Shown piece by piece: positions 47,406 through 58,028 of a stretch of DNA of 64,000 bases; position 1 is the stretch's first letter; every line of letters starts with the position of its first letter. This DNA is from an uncultured virus (IMG/VR IMGVR_UViG_3300037961_004118). Its lineage: Duplodnaviria > Heunggongvirae > Uroviricota > Caudoviricetes > Kyanoviridae. Location of the stretch: the IMG/VR virus record IMGVR_UViG_3300037961_004118. One strand, written 5' to 3'. Made by a program: the position numbers and the translations under genes. Under the pieces are notes generated by a model, which had not been told where the DNA came from, did not search any database, and was given only the letters and a program-made list of their open reading frames with translations.

Positions 47406-50400
47406 TGGCAGCAATTCAGAAGTCAACAAAATTAAATTTCTATAAGTTTGTAGATGCAAAACCCCCTGCTACTTCTACTTCAGAAGAGGGTATTGAGAGC
47501 AGACAAATTGCTGTAGCAACTAATAAAAACACAGAAGCGATTAATAATATTGGTGATGTCCTGAATGGTTTCATGAAAGGAATCGCCAACTTAAATAATA
47601 TTGAACTTGAGAAGTTAGAGGAACAGAAGAAGAACAGAACTAAATTCAAGGCAGAATATAATACAAGAAAGAAAGGTAAAAATGTATTAGGTGTCTTAAC
47701 AGGTATTGCTAAGGGTGTTGGTAATTTCTGGGATGGCATTCTAAACTTATTAGGATCTCTATTCAAAGCTCTTGTTATTCTTCCTGCACTGAAGTGGTTA
47801 GGAGATCCTAAGAATAGAGAGAAAGTAGTTAATATCCTTGAGGGTATTGCAAAGGTTGCTAAGTTTATTTTTGACTGGGCAAAGTTTGGTGTTGTCAATA
47901 CTATTGAAGGTCTGTATAAACTTCTGTCTGATGATACTAGTTGGTGGGATAAATTAGTAGGATTTGGTCAGGCATTTGTTGGACTGGGTGCAATCTTCTT
48001 AGGGTTGCGTTGGTTGAAGAATCCGTTTAGAATCATCACAGATCTCTTCAATGTCCTGAATAGTTTCCGAAAGAATCTACTCAGATCTAAGTCTGCACTT
48101 CGCAGAAGAAGAGGTGGACTAGGCGGTGGCGGACGTAGAGGTGGATTTGTAAAGACTGCTGCGGGACTCACTGCTGCTTTTGGCACTGGGATGCTAGTTA
48201 ACCAAATGATGCAACCAGGTCAAGATGGACAAGATGGTGAGGATGGAAAGGATGCTGATCCTGAAGACATGAAGAAGATGGTGGATCAGAAGTTTGCAGA
48301 ATATGAAGTAGAACAAAAATCACAAGGTGGCAAGGTCAAAAAACTGCCACAAAGATCACAAGGAGGATTCATTAGTGGACCACAATCGGGATACAAGGTA
48401 TCGTTGGACGGGGGGAGATCCACCTCGTTCATCGGACATGGAACTGAGTATGTTGCTAGAAAGGCAAATGGGGGAGCTTTCGTCGTTCCTATTAATACTC
48501 CTGGAACAAAAACACAACCCCACCTAACTCAAAAAAGAGTTCAGGAAGCAAAGAGTCAAGGGTATAGCGTTCCTGGAATGGCGATCGGTGGAGACTATCT
48601 GAAAGCAGTCAAGGCAAATGACGCTACACAAGGTGATAACTCAGCAAAGAAAATTTTCTTACACTGGAGTGCTGGTAACAGAAGTGATACTAGTTTTTAC
48701 AAAGGTAACGGATATCACACTTATATTCCTGCCAGTGGTAATCCTGTTCGTAGGGCAAAGTTTGGTAGCACTGGACGACCTCACCATACTTATGGTAGAC
48801 CAAAGTCACAATCAGCAGCTATCGGTGTTGCTGGTATGTCTACTGCTAATAATGAGAATGGTAAAGACTGGGGTTCTCAGGCAATTACTCCAAACCAATA
48901 TCAAGCTATGGCAAAAGAAGCAGCAGCAATTGCTACTGCTTGGGGATGGAAACCTTCAGACATCACTGACAAGAGAGTAAGAACACACGCTGAAGAATAT
49001 AGAGATTATCCAAACTGGTATCATAGAAATAATTCTAGTCATTATCGTTGGGACTTGTCTAAACTTTATGCTGGTGAACCAGCATTTTCTGGTGGTCCTA
49101 AGATCCGTAATATGATCAAGCAGCAAATGGGTGGTGCCGCTGCTGAAGGAGATGGTAACTTTGTAGAACAAAGCAAGGACGGATCGACGCCAGAACTTAA
49201 TAAAGCACCTACAGGAATTATGGGTAATTTGTTGGGTGCTGTTGATTTTATAACTGGCGGTAGAACAGACTTTGATGGTAGAGGTAATGGTTCAAGTCCT
49301 CAGCGTAATATCACTAATCCAGATCAGAAAGGGGAAAAAGAAGCAAACGCTAGAGAAGCACAAGAAAGTGAAAGTAAGACGCAGGGAATGGTATTCCCAC
49401 TTCCAAATGGTAGATTTGCTGCTGGTGCAAGGCAAGTCTATGGTGCTGGAAGAGACTATGGCGGTCATGCTGGTATCGACTTAACAGAGTTACCTCCATT
49501 TGGTGCTGATCCTAAGATTCCTGTTGTTGCTGCTATCTCTGGTACAGTTCTCAACGAAAGATATAAAAGTGGTCAGACATACTATTCTGGAATGATGATT
49601 CGAGGTGATGATGGATATGATCAAAGATATCTTCATATGGAACCATCAGTTAAACCTGGTCAAAAAGTTCAAGCAGGTCAACAGATTGGTAGATTATATG
49701 ATGACAAAGACAATACGCACCTACACTTTGAGGTATATAAAAGAGGTAAAGGTGGTCACTTAAATCCATCTCAGATTTATCCTGATCTCTTCAAACCTGG
49801 ATCTCAAGGCGGTGGTGGAGTCATTCAAGGAGCTGTTACATCACCTGGTGCAACTAATCCCCCTCCTGCCCCTGGTGCTGATAGTGCAGCAAATCCTTCC
49901 GATTCTAGAAATACAGGTAAGACATTCTTCTTACCTAAGGCATCTTCTGGTATGTCTTATGAACAAAGATATGGTAATTATCGTAGCATTCAAGATAATT
50001 TTGAACTTGCAACTACTAAAGAGGAGGAACGTAGAGCGCAACTTCAAGGAATGCTGCCTAATATGAATAACTCTTTTGGTCCTGGTGGTCCTGTAGCACC
50101 CAATCAAGGTGGTATGACTGCTAAGGAACTTCAGAAGATAACTAAAGATAGGAATAACGCAAGACAGCAGGTTCAAACAAAAACCCAAGAAATGATTCAG
50201 CAAGTTATGTCGCAGGTCGCCCAACAAAATGGCATGAATCAGCAGATGGCACAGCAAGCTAGTGCTATGATTGCTCAGATGATGTCTCAGGGTAAAGCAG
50301 GTGCTGGTGCTGCTGGTGGACAATCTCAATATATCCCATCAGGTGGCCAAGGTCGAGGAACTGAAAACTCTGGTGCTGGTCTCTTAAAGACTACTGCTAG

Positions 50401-50446
50401 TGTCCTTAATTCCAATCTCAATCCATTAAAAGGTCTGTTTCAATGA
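47405..50446 (+). CDS. Tail-associated protein with amidase-like and M23 peptidase domains
   Basis: IFLHWSAG...YH; HAGID...YLHM...HLHFE. Confidence 0.75.
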   Translation: MAAIQKSTKLNFYKFVDAKPPATSTSEEGIESRQIAVATNKNTEAINNIGDVLNGFMKGIANLNNIELEKLEEQKKNRTKFKAEYNTRKKGKNVLGVLTGIAKGVGNFWDGILNLLGSLFKALVILPALKWLGDPKNREKVVNILEGIAKVAKFIFDWAKFGVVNTIEGLYKLLSDDTSWWDKLVGFGQAFVGLGAIFLGLRWLKNPFRIITDLFNVLNSFRKNLLRSKSALRRRRGGLGGGGRRGGFVKTAAGLTAAFGTGMLVNQMMQPGQDGQDGEDGKDADPEDMKKMVDQKFAEYEVEQKSQGGKVKKLPQRSQGGFISGPQSGYKVSLDGGRSTSFIGHGTEYVARKANGGAFVVPINTPGTKTQPHLTQKRVQEAKSQGYSVPGMAIGGDYLKAVKANDATQGDNSAKKIFLHWSAGNRSDTSFYKGNGYHTYIPASGNPVRRAKFGSTGRPHHTYGRPKSQSAAIGVAGMSTANNENGKDWGSQAITPNQYQAMAKEAAAIATAWGWKPSDITDKRVRTHAEEYRDYPNWYHRNNSSHYRWDLSKLYAGEPAFSGGPKIRNMIKQQMGGAAAEGDGNFVEQSKDGSTPELNKAPTGIMGNLLGAVDFITGGRTDFDGRGNGSSPQRNITNPDQKGEKEANAREAQESESKTQGMVFPLPNGRFAAGARQVYGAGRDYGGHAGIDLTELPPFGADPKIPVVAAISGTVLNERYKSGQTYYSGMMIRGDDGYDQRYLHMEPSVKPGQKVQAGQQIGRLYDDKDNTHLHFEVYKRGKGGHLNPSQIYPDLFKPGSQGGGGVIQGAVTSPGATNPPPAPGADSAANPSDSRNTGKTFFLPKASSGMSYEQRYGNYRSIQDNFELATTKEEERRAQLQGMLPNMNNSFGPGGPVAPNQGGMTAKELQKITKDRNNARQQVQTKTQEMIQQVMSQVAQQNGMNQQMAQQASAMIAQMMSQGKAGAGAAGGQSQYIPSGGQGRGTENSGAGLLKTTASVLNSNLNPLKGLFQ

Positions 50447-51825
50447 GTTTTAGAAGAGAACAAGTAGGTGACGTTGAAGTATCTCTTACCATTTACAGAA
50501 ATGGTGAGAGACTTGAGAACGATCAAGGTTCATATGACTTGAAAGAATTTTTGCGTGGATTTGAAATCTATGAAAGTATGACTCAGGCAACCCTTGAGTG
50601 TATGCTTGTATTGGAAGATGCTGCTGGTTTGATTGGTGCTTTGACAGGATCAGAACTTTTTGTACTGAATATTGTAGGTACAATTCAAGACAGAACCTAC
50701 CAATTCAGAAGTTATGAGATTTCTTCTAGAAATAGAAATAATCAAGGTAATGATATCTTTATTGTCAATTGTGCTTCAGACGAATACATTAGAAATGAAA
50801 TTACCAATGTATTTGGTAACTCTGAAGTTATCTTTGAGCAGAGTGGATTTGAATCAAGTCAAATTGTAGAAACTTTATTGTCCAGTCAATTTTTCTTAGG
50901 AACTAACAAAGTTTTATTCTTAGAAGAATCACTAAATTCACACCAATTTGTAATTCCCAACTGGAGAGTATTTGATACAATTTATTGGTTATGTCAACGA
51001 TCTATTCGTCGTACACAATCTGGTGGTAGTCTTCAGAATGGATTTGTTTTCTATGAAAATGCTTTAGGGTTCCACTTCAAATCTATTGACAAACTTATCG
51101 AAGATGTCAACGATCAGACAGAGAATCAAGAAACTGATTTAACTAGTGGTAGAGCAAAACTATACACATATGTTTATGCTCCAATGAAAACAGATGAAGG
51201 TGCTAGAGATGCCTATAAAATTCAAAAGGTAGTATTTCCCAATGAAAGAAACTTTTTGAATGGTTTACGTCATGGTACTTGGTCTGGATTTAGTATGGGA
51301 TTTGATCCTAATACAATTACATCATCTAAGATGGGAACATCTACAGATATGTCGGTAGATGCTTATCGCTATAGTCTCAGTGAAATGTGGGATCAGATGG
51401 AGCACTTAGGCGACACTGGAACACATACTAATCCATTTGAGCAGGCAGATGAAAATGTTCGAGCATACACTGAATATCCGAAGAGAGTACGATATACAAT
51501 TCTACCTAACCAGATCTTTGATCAAAGAAATACAGAACAACCTGGTAGAAATTACGAAGCGTTAGTTGAACTGCAAGCATATCAATGGATGCGATTTGAA
51601 ACTCTAAAGACAATCAAACTTCAGATTGAAATTCCTGGTAACTTGGATTTATATGTTGGTGCTGGAATCAACATTGTAATTCCATCCACTGCTAAAAGTG
51701 GAGATCGTAAGAGAGTAGATAGAAAGTATAGTGGTAAATACGTGATTGCTGCCTTGACACATAAAGGTACAGGGTCTACAATGACAACAGAGCTGTTCCT
51801 GGTAAAGGATTCAGTTCTCGGATAA
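50443..51825 (+). CDS. Baseplate hub protein (gp27-like)
   Basis: IYES; GFVFYEN..GFHFKSID; IPGN; YSGKYVI..LTH. Confidence 0.65.
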   Translation: MSFRREQVGDVEVSLTIYRNGERLENDQGSYDLKEFLRGFEIYESMTQATLECMLVLEDAAGLIGALTGSELFVLNIVGTIQDRTYQFRSYEISSRNRNNQGNDIFIVNCASDEYIRNEITNVFGNSEVIFEQSGFESSQIVETLLSSQFFLGTNKVLFLEESLNSHQFVIPNWRVFDTIYWLCQRSIRRTQSGGSLQNGFVFYENALGFHFKSIDKLIEDVNDQTENQETDLTSGRAKLYTYVYAPMKTDEGARDAYKIQKVVFPNERNFLNGLRHGTWSGFSMGFDPNTITSSKMGTSTDMSVDAYRYSLSEMWDQMEHLGDTGTHTNPFEQADENVRAYTEYPKRVRYTILPNQIFDQRNTEQPGRNYEALVELQAYQWMRFETLKTIKLQIEIPGNLDLYVGAGINIVIPSTAKSGDRKRVDRKYSGKYVIAALTHKGTGSTMTTELFLVKDSVLG

Positions 51826-51855
51826 ATATTATTGTATCATTAGTATACTACTGCT

Positions 51856-52083
51856 ATGGAAAGTATCGAAAAGCATATCGAGATGGATAAGCAAATTCTC
51901 GATAATCCAAACACAAATCCTCAAATGCGTCGTCACATCGAAAGCGAACTGCATGACTTAGAGGAATACAAAGAGCATCATAAGAAAGAGATTGAAGCAG
52001 GAGATCATCACGATCCAACGTATCTTGAACTTTATTGTGATCAAAACCCATCAGAACCTGAATGTCTTGTGTATGACGATTGA
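51856..52083 (+). CDS. cp12: Calvin cycle inhibitor CP12
   Basis: LELYCDQNPSEPECLVYDD C-terminus. Confidence 0.92.
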   Translation: MESIEKHIEMDKQILDNPNTNPQMRRHIESELHDLEEYKEHHKKEIEAGDHHDPTYLELYCDQNPSEPECLVYDD

Positions 52084-52541
52084 AAGTGAACTTTGAAAAG
52101 TATCTACTTGGTCATTGGTCTAATAAAGCACAAGCACAATCAGATCCTCAAAATTTTGCCTCATTGAATATTGTGTGGAAAAAGATTGAGGATGGTTATG
52201 AGTCTATGAACTATAAAAGGTGTCGGGGTGCATATGACCCCTACAGACGTAAATATCATAAACTAGAGATAGTTTCCGACACCGAAATTATTATGCACAA
52301 CTATTATACGGACTGGACACCTCACGAAGATTGTGATATGATATTCACATTCGATGGCAACTCCTGGACTGGTCGCCTTATTGGTAACAACTGTCGAGGA
52401 TATAGAGGTCATCGAATTGTATCACACATTCAACTTTTTGGAAACAAACTACATAACATGGATCAAGGATATGACGATCAAGGTAACTTGGTTTGGGGCA
52501 CTGAAAAATGTTATCGATACATCCGTATTAAGGGCGAATAG
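52080..52541 (+). CDS. cpeT: CpeT/CpcT-like bilin lyase (start uncertain, GTG 52086 possible)
   Basis: GHWSNKAQA; PYR; CDMIF; DQGYD..G..VWG. Confidence 0.85.
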   Translation: MKVNFEKYLLGHWSNKAQAQSDPQNFASLNIVWKKIEDGYESMNYKRCRGAYDPYRRKYHKLEIVSDTEIIMHNYYTDWTPHEDCDMIFTFDGNSWTGRLIGNNCRGYRGHRIVSHIQLFGNKLHNMDQGYDDQGNLVWGTEKCYRYIRIKGE

Positions 52542-52603
52542 CTCAGCGGTAGAGCTACTCGTTTACACCGAGTCGGTCGGGGGTTCGATCCCCTCTTCGC
52601 CCA
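52532..52603 (+). tRNA. tRNA-Val(TAC)
   Basis: GGGCGAA/TTCGCCC; ACTCG-TTTACAC-CGAGT. Confidence 0.95.
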
Positions 52604-52612
52604 TATAAAATT

Positions 52613-53227
52613 ATGATGAAAGCCATACACCCACCTAATCTAGGATGGGTACAACAAAAATTAAAACCCGATGCAATGAAATTCCTGTGGAATGCGATTG
52701 AAGCAGGAGGTAGTTCCATGCGTTCAAAACTGGCAGGTAATATTCACAATAGTTACAGGTTGTCAGACAAAGATGATTGGTTTTTCAAGAACGTATTAAC
52801 TGACACCATGAAATTCTATACAGAGGAGTTTCGAGATCCTTTGTATGATTTCCCAACCAAGAAAAATCTAAAGTATGTCTTAGAAGACATGTGGGTTAAC
52901 TTTCAAAAACAGACAGAATTTAATCCAATTCATACTCACACTGGTGTATTCAGTTTTGTAATCTGGATGAAAATCCCTACCATTTTTGAGGAGCAGAAAA
53001 AATTACATATTGCTTCCGAAGTAAATTCTAACTCTATTTCAAACTTTGAGATTTCTTATTTGGACATTTTAGGTAAACAGATATCTCACACGTATGATAT
53101 GAATCCTAATAGAGAGGGCACAATGTTACTTTTTCCATCTGCATTAGGTCATTCTGTGTATCCTTTCTATAATTGTAATGAAGATAGGGTTAGCATTTCT
53201 GGCAATGTTATGGTAGAATTGGCATGA
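52613..53227 (+). CDS. 2OG-Fe(II) oxygenase-like protein
   Basis: WVNFQ..EFNPIHTH; LLFPS.L.H.V.P; RVSISGN. Confidence 0.85.
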   Translation: MMKAIHPPNLGWVQQKLKPDAMKFLWNAIEAGGSSMRSKLAGNIHNSYRLSDKDDWFFKNVLTDTMKFYTEEFRDPLYDFPTKKNLKYVLEDMWVNFQKQTEFNPIHTHTGVFSFVIWMKIPTIFEEQKKLHIASEVNSNSISNFEISYLDILGKQISHTYDMNPNREGTMLLFPSALGHSVYPFYNCNEDRVSISGNVMVELA

Positions 53228-53349
53228 AAAATATCATAGCACTTGTAGTCGTCACTCTATCTACATTAGCGGTTATCGTTGCTGGTTATTTTCACGGCAA
53301 TATGCATCTATTAACAACACTCAAAAACGCGAGAGAATTTTACTCATGA
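53224..53349 (+). CDS. 41-aa membrane peptide
   Basis: ATGA overlaps on both sides; TM segment then GYFHGNMH. Confidence 0.55.
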   Translation: MKNIIALVVVTLSTLAVIVAGYFHGNMHLLTTLKNAREFYS

Positions 53350-54026
53350 AACTCCGTAATGCAATCCTTGCTGGACTTATGTTTGGCATGGCACATGGAC
53401 TAGCAGTAAATGCTGGTGAAGAAAAAATTACTAAGGGTTACTACACCATGGATGCCATGGGTTGTATGCTCCTTAAAGAATGTACAAAAGATGTGGAACG
53501 CATCAATTCATCAATTGATCTCGAACGTGCATTTCCGCAATCTAATTGGGATGTAGTCAAAGATGAGTTTGATCAGATTATGATTGCCTTTCAGAAGATT
53601 GGTGTTCATGTTCACCTTGCTGATGAACGTTACTTCCCAGTAGGACATCGTGGTGTATATCATACAGTAAGCAATCACTTTTATCTCAACAGGAGTTATG
53701 TATATCGTCCTCACATTTTGATGAGTGTTGTTCGTCATGAGGGATGGCACGCTGCACAGGATTGTATGGCAGGCACGATCAAAAATAACATGATTGCTAT
53801 CATCAAACCTGAGGAAGATGTACCAGAGATCTGGCAAGAGATGGTGCGTCGTACATATCCTGCTCATGCACAACCCTGGGAGAAGGAAGCAACTTGGGCA
53901 GGTAAAACTGCTGGTATGACACAGAAAGCACTAGAATCCTGTGCTGCTGGCACTATGTGGACTGATTATGATCCCACACCTATGACTCGTGAATGGTTGG
54001 AGGAGAATGGTTACCTTACTAAATAA
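53346..54026 (+). CDS. Exported HExxH metallopeptidase-like protein
   Basis: Signal peptide; RHEGWHAAQDC; EKEA. Confidence 0.65.
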   Translation: MKLRNAILAGLMFGMAHGLAVNAGEEKITKGYYTMDAMGCMLLKECTKDVERINSSIDLERAFPQSNWDVVKDEFDQIMIAFQKIGVHVHLADERYFPVGHRGVYHTVSNHFYLNRSYVYRPHILMSVVRHEGWHAAQDCMAGTIKNNMIAIIKPEEDVPEIWQEMVRRTYPAHAQPWEKEATWAGKTAGMTQKALESCAAGTMWTDYDPTPMTREWLEENGYLTK

Positions 54027-54048
54027 AATTGTAAGATCCTAAGAAAAT

Positions 54049-56592
54049 ATGGCAACAATTGAGGGAATCACTAAAGAACCCGTAGTAAATTTTGTCGGTA
54101 AAGACGGATTTTTCTGGTGGGTTGGTGAGGTAGAAGATAATCAAGATCCTATGGAACTCGGACGTGTAAAAGTTCGAGTTCTTGGTTACTATACCAATGT
54201 GCGTGGTGGAACTACGGCAGATCTTCCTACCGAAAAACTGCCATGGGCAACTGTCATGCAGCATACATGTCAGGCAGGTAACGATGGTCAGGGTGAATCT
54301 TCTGGTCAGTTACAACCTGGTGCTATTGTTATGGGATTCTTCATGGATGGAGAATCTGCACAGATGCCTATCGTTATCGGTGTTCTTCGTGTTCAAAAAT
54401 CGTCTGATACAGCAACAGATAAAGTGTTTGCTTTTACAGGCGAATTTATGGAACCTGGTGTTAGTCCCAACGCTTCTGCATTGAGTCCTGGTAATCCTAA
54501 CTCCGTTACCGCAAGAACATCAGAACAGGGATATCAAAGACAAGGTGATAACAACTCGGTATCTATGCCTGGTATGAGAACTACCACTCCTGGTGGTTCT
54601 GGTTCTCCTAATAACTTAGGTATTCAACCTGGTATTAATGGTAGCAGTGGTAATCCTCACAAACCAAGACAACCCGAAAAACCTATTCCTGCTGCCAATG
54701 GTGTTGGTGGACCTTGGAAAACATTAGAATATAAGTTGTCTTATTTGGTAGAAGATATTGCTGACACCGCTGGAACTCTTGTAAAGGGTGAAGGTGGAGA
54801 TTTTCTCGATGTTGTTAGTGGTAAACTTGTAACGGCACAGGCACTTACTGGAAAGGTCAAGAACTTTCTAGGTTCAGTCTTTGCTCAGGTTGTATCTGCT
54901 ATTCGACAATATGTTTCCAACTTAGCAGAAAGTCTTAACATCGCAACCTTTATCAGTTCTGCTACTGGTATCCCTCTTGCCATGATGTCGGTTATTCAGC
55001 AAGCGGTTCAAACAATTCTATCATCTCTCTGCAACATTGATAGTAACCTCGCTGGATACATTGCTGACCCTATTGGATCATTAACAAATCTTGTTAATGG
55101 TTTCCTTGATGGTTTGTTTGACAGAGCATCAATGGTTCTTCAAGGTGTTCAGGGTGTTATTGATTCTGTGATCTGTAAAGTTCAAGAAATCATCAACTCG
55201 ATCATGAGTCTGGTTGACACAGTAAAAGGTATTGTTCAAGGCGTACAGCAAGCACAGGATATCATCAACGCATGGCAAGAAGGTTCGGGAATCTTTGAAG
55301 AAGGAACTGACCTGATGCAGCAAGGTATCACAAGTATCACAGGTTTGATTCAGTTGTTCTTGGGTTTCATCGGCGGTGGTTGTAATAGAACTGCTGATGG
55401 TGGTGCTGATACAGTAGGTTGGTATCCTATGTTTGGTGTTACACATTGTACACCTGAGGAATTGGATGAGATTAATAGGATACGTGGGCAAGGTAGAGGA
55501 AGTTGCGGCAACAATAGCAGTGGTGGAAACCTGATTGATAACATCATCAATCAAGCAGATCCATACATGTCTGTTGCAAAAACTTGGGTCAATGGTGCAT
55601 ACGATCATTTTGTTGGTACACCTGGTCGTCAAGCGAAACTTTCTAGATCACCTAACGGAACTATGCACACTTCCGTTAAGTTGAACAACTACGAATATGG
55701 TAAGTATGTTGCGGAGAAAGAGATTCGTAACACAAACAACGAACTCACAGAGGATGAAATCCAACAAAGAGCAGAGCAAGCGGGTAGAGAAGCTGCGAAC
55801 AATCAATCAGAAACTGGCAACTTAGTTGCTGATCACTCTAGTTATGCAGGTAATTACACATGTGAAGTACATGGTGATGATTGCAGACAGATTGATGGCG
55901 ATCATGTTGTAAACGTTGAAGGTGATTATTTCCTGAAAGTCACTGGTAACATGCATATTGAGTGTGGTGGTGGATTCTTCTTCGGTGCTGAGGGTGCTCC
56001 TAAATCTGCTGACAAAAATGGTAATGACCAAGACACTGATGTTCAAAAGCATACACTTCGCTTTGGTTCTGACGTTGATGTTAACGTAGTTGGTGCAAAG
56101 TTTGCACTTCAAGGTTCTGAAATGGAACTTGCTGCTCAGTCACATAAAATTGTTGGTGGTAGTTATGATAATGGTTGTTCTAACATTTCATTAGGTGCAG
56201 GTGGTGACCTCATCCTTTCTGCAACAAATAGTGTTAGTATTGTAACGACAGTTCTGAATGAAACTATCAACATGACTAGTGCTGTTCCTGCTCTTAAGTC
56301 TGGTATCTTTAGACAGATCAGAGGTTCTGAAGAATCATTCTTGATTGCTGGTGGTGGTGCTAGTGATAATCCTCCTAGATATACCATTGCTAACCCCTCT
56401 GGTGCATATACAAACACTCAAGGACTTGGGTGGACTACTACAACCGCAGCAGGTGCTGCAACTCTTACAGCAGGTGCTGGTCTAGTTGCTATTACTGCTG
56501 GTGCCGCATGTACTATCAAAGCTGCCGCTGCCATTGGTATCACTGCTGAAGCAAATGTAACAGTTGTCGGTGCTTCTATTTTCCTAAATTAA
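54049..56592 (+). CDS. gp5: Baseplate hub/spike gp5
   Basis: WWVGEVED..DP..LGRVKVR OB fold; VMGFFMDG; C-terminal beta-helix repeats. Confidence 0.9.
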   Translation: MATIEGITKEPVVNFVGKDGFFWWVGEVEDNQDPMELGRVKVRVLGYYTNVRGGTTADLPTEKLPWATVMQHTCQAGNDGQGESSGQLQPGAIVMGFFMDGESAQMPIVIGVLRVQKSSDTATDKVFAFTGEFMEPGVSPNASALSPGNPNSVTARTSEQGYQRQGDNNSVSMPGMRTTTPGGSGSPNNLGIQPGINGSSGNPHKPRQPEKPIPAANGVGGPWKTLEYKLSYLVEDIADTAGTLVKGEGGDFLDVVSGKLVTAQALTGKVKNFLGSVFAQVVSAIRQYVSNLAESLNIATFISSATGIPLAMMSVIQQAVQTILSSLCNIDSNLAGYIADPIGSLTNLVNGFLDGLFDRASMVLQGVQGVIDSVICKVQEIINSIMSLVDTVKGIVQGVQQAQDIINAWQEGSGIFEEGTDLMQQGITSITGLIQLFLGFIGGGCNRTADGGADTVGWYPMFGVTHCTPEELDEINRIRGQGRGSCGNNSSGGNLIDNIINQADPYMSVAKTWVNGAYDHFVGTPGRQAKLSRSPNGTMHTSVKLNNYEYGKYVAEKEIRNTNNELTEDEIQQRAEQAGREAANNQSETGNLVADHSSYAGNYTCEVHGDDCRQIDGDHVVNVEGDYFLKVTGNMHIECGGGFFFGAEGAPKSADKNGNDQDTDVQKHTLRFGSDVDVNVVGAKFALQGSEMELAAQSHKIVGGSYDNGCSNISLGAGGDLILSATNSVSIVTTVLNETINMTSAVPALKSGIFRQIRGSEESFLIAGGGASDNPPRYTIANPSGAYTNTQGLGWTTTTAAGAATLTAGAGLVAITAGAACTIKAAAAIGITAEANVTVVGASIFLN

Positions 56593-56595
56593 ATT

Positions 56596-57186
56596 ATGAA
56601 AACTTGGTCTATTGCTCCTCTGTTTGTGCAACCAATTGCATCAACAGAGATTGAAGAAACATTGTGTACACAATTAAAAGAAATTTCGGAAGACGCATAT
56701 TGGTTCTCCTCTGATGGAGTCGATATTACGTCTAAAGATAAACAAATTCTTGATAAACATAAAGATCTTCGATCTAGTATCAAAGAGATTTCTGAAGATC
56801 TTGTTACTCAACTTGGGTATGATTGTGATATTCAACTCACTACATCTTGGTTGCATAAATTGCCACCAGGACACGAGGTTCGTGCCAAAACTATCTACAA
56901 CTCTTGGTATACTGGTATGATATTCTTTGATGAATACACAGAAAAATCTGGTGATATTGAATTTTTTGTTGACCCTCAAGGTATTCATGTTGTCCCCGCT
57001 GAGTGGTCTCAATGGACAGCACCATTCATCCGTTTGTCACCTAATGCAAATCACATGATGATGTTTCCCAGTCATGTAAAACATAGGGTTTACATGAATA
57101 CTTCAGACACTGATAGATTGTGTCTTACATTTAACGTCATGCCTAAAGGACAGACGGGAAGCGACGAATCTACGTTTATTTACTGA
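56596..57186 (+). CDS. 2OG-Fe(II) oxygenase-like protein, first His motif lost
   Basis: TTSW..NSWY..FPS.VKH.V..N; lacks HxH. Confidence 0.75.
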   Translation: MKTWSIAPLFVQPIASTEIEETLCTQLKEISEDAYWFSSDGVDITSKDKQILDKHKDLRSSIKEISEDLVTQLGYDCDIQLTTSWLHKLPPGHEVRAKTIYNSWYTGMIFFDEYTEKSGDIEFFVDPQGIHVVPAEWSQWTAPFIRLSPNANHMMMFPSHVKHRVYMNTSDTDRLCLTFNVMPKGQTGSDESTFIY

Positions 57187-57788
57187 TGTGGAATGTAACT
57201 CCTATATTTGCCAAACCATTACTAAACACTTATGTAGATCTTGGTATTTGTGATGATCTAAAAAAAGTCTGTGCCCAGATGAAATGGAATGAAGACACTT
57301 GGGAGACTGGATATAAAAGTGGAGCGAGTAAAGACACTCATGTTCTGCATACTATGGACAGATCCGTGTTGAAATACTTTGAAGATCTTTTTAATGAATG
57401 TGTGAGAAGTTATCTTGGGTATCAAAATTTTATACAGATAACAACATCTTGGTTTACTAAAACATACCCTGGTGGTTTTGCTGCAGAACATGTACATACT
57501 AATTCATGGTATAGTGCGGTGTTGTATTTTGATGAATATAATGATGACTCTTCAAAATTAAAACTTGTCGAAACTCCTTCACCCATTCTTCCTCTGTATG
57601 ATGAATATAACATATTCAATGCAGGAGCTTATATGGTTCCACCACAAAAAGGTCTGATGGTCATGTTTCCCAGTGAAGTTCGTCACCTTGTGACACCAAA
57701 TAATTCTGATCAGACTCGATATTCAATCGCTTTTAACATGATGCCCAAGGGTCCGTGTGGCAGTGGCGATTCTGCACACCACTATTGA
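57186..57788 (+). CDS. 2OG-Fe(II) oxygenase-like protein
   Basis: HVHTNSWYS; FPSEVRH; RYSIAFN. Confidence 0.85.
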   Translation: MWNVTPIFAKPLLNTYVDLGICDDLKKVCAQMKWNEDTWETGYKSGASKDTHVLHTMDRSVLKYFEDLFNECVRSYLGYQNFIQITTSWFTKTYPGGFAAEHVHTNSWYSAVLYFDEYNDDSSKLKLVETPSPILPLYDEYNIFNAGAYMVPPQKGLMVMFPSEVRHLVTPNNSDQTRYSIAFNMMPKGPCGSGDSAHHY

Positions 57789-57813
57789 CAGGGGCACCCC
57801 TCTCTGCTATACT
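57785..57813 (+). promoter_or_regulatory. Sigma70-type early promoter
   Basis: TTGACA-17-TATACT. Confidence 0.78.
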
Positions 57814-57836
57814 ACATAGGTACTGAAGAGACACCC

Positions 57837-58028
57837 ATGGATTCCCTGTCGCACATCTTTGTCAACTTCTCGAAGCGTAAAATGACTTTGGTTGATGATG
57901 AAGGTTATGAAAAGGATGTACAATGGAGGTTTGATGATGAGGGTGCGGAAGGATTCTCTGAAACAATCTCGGAAGTTCAAGAGATTATTGACAACAACAT
58001 GATCACTTATTGCTTTGCTGTAAAATGA
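57837..58028 (+). CDS. Hypothetical protein
   Basis: First ORF after the promoter. Confidence 0.65.
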   Translation: MDSLSHIFVNFSKRKMTLVDDEGYEKDVQWRFDDEGAEGFSETISEVQEIIDNNMITYCFAVK

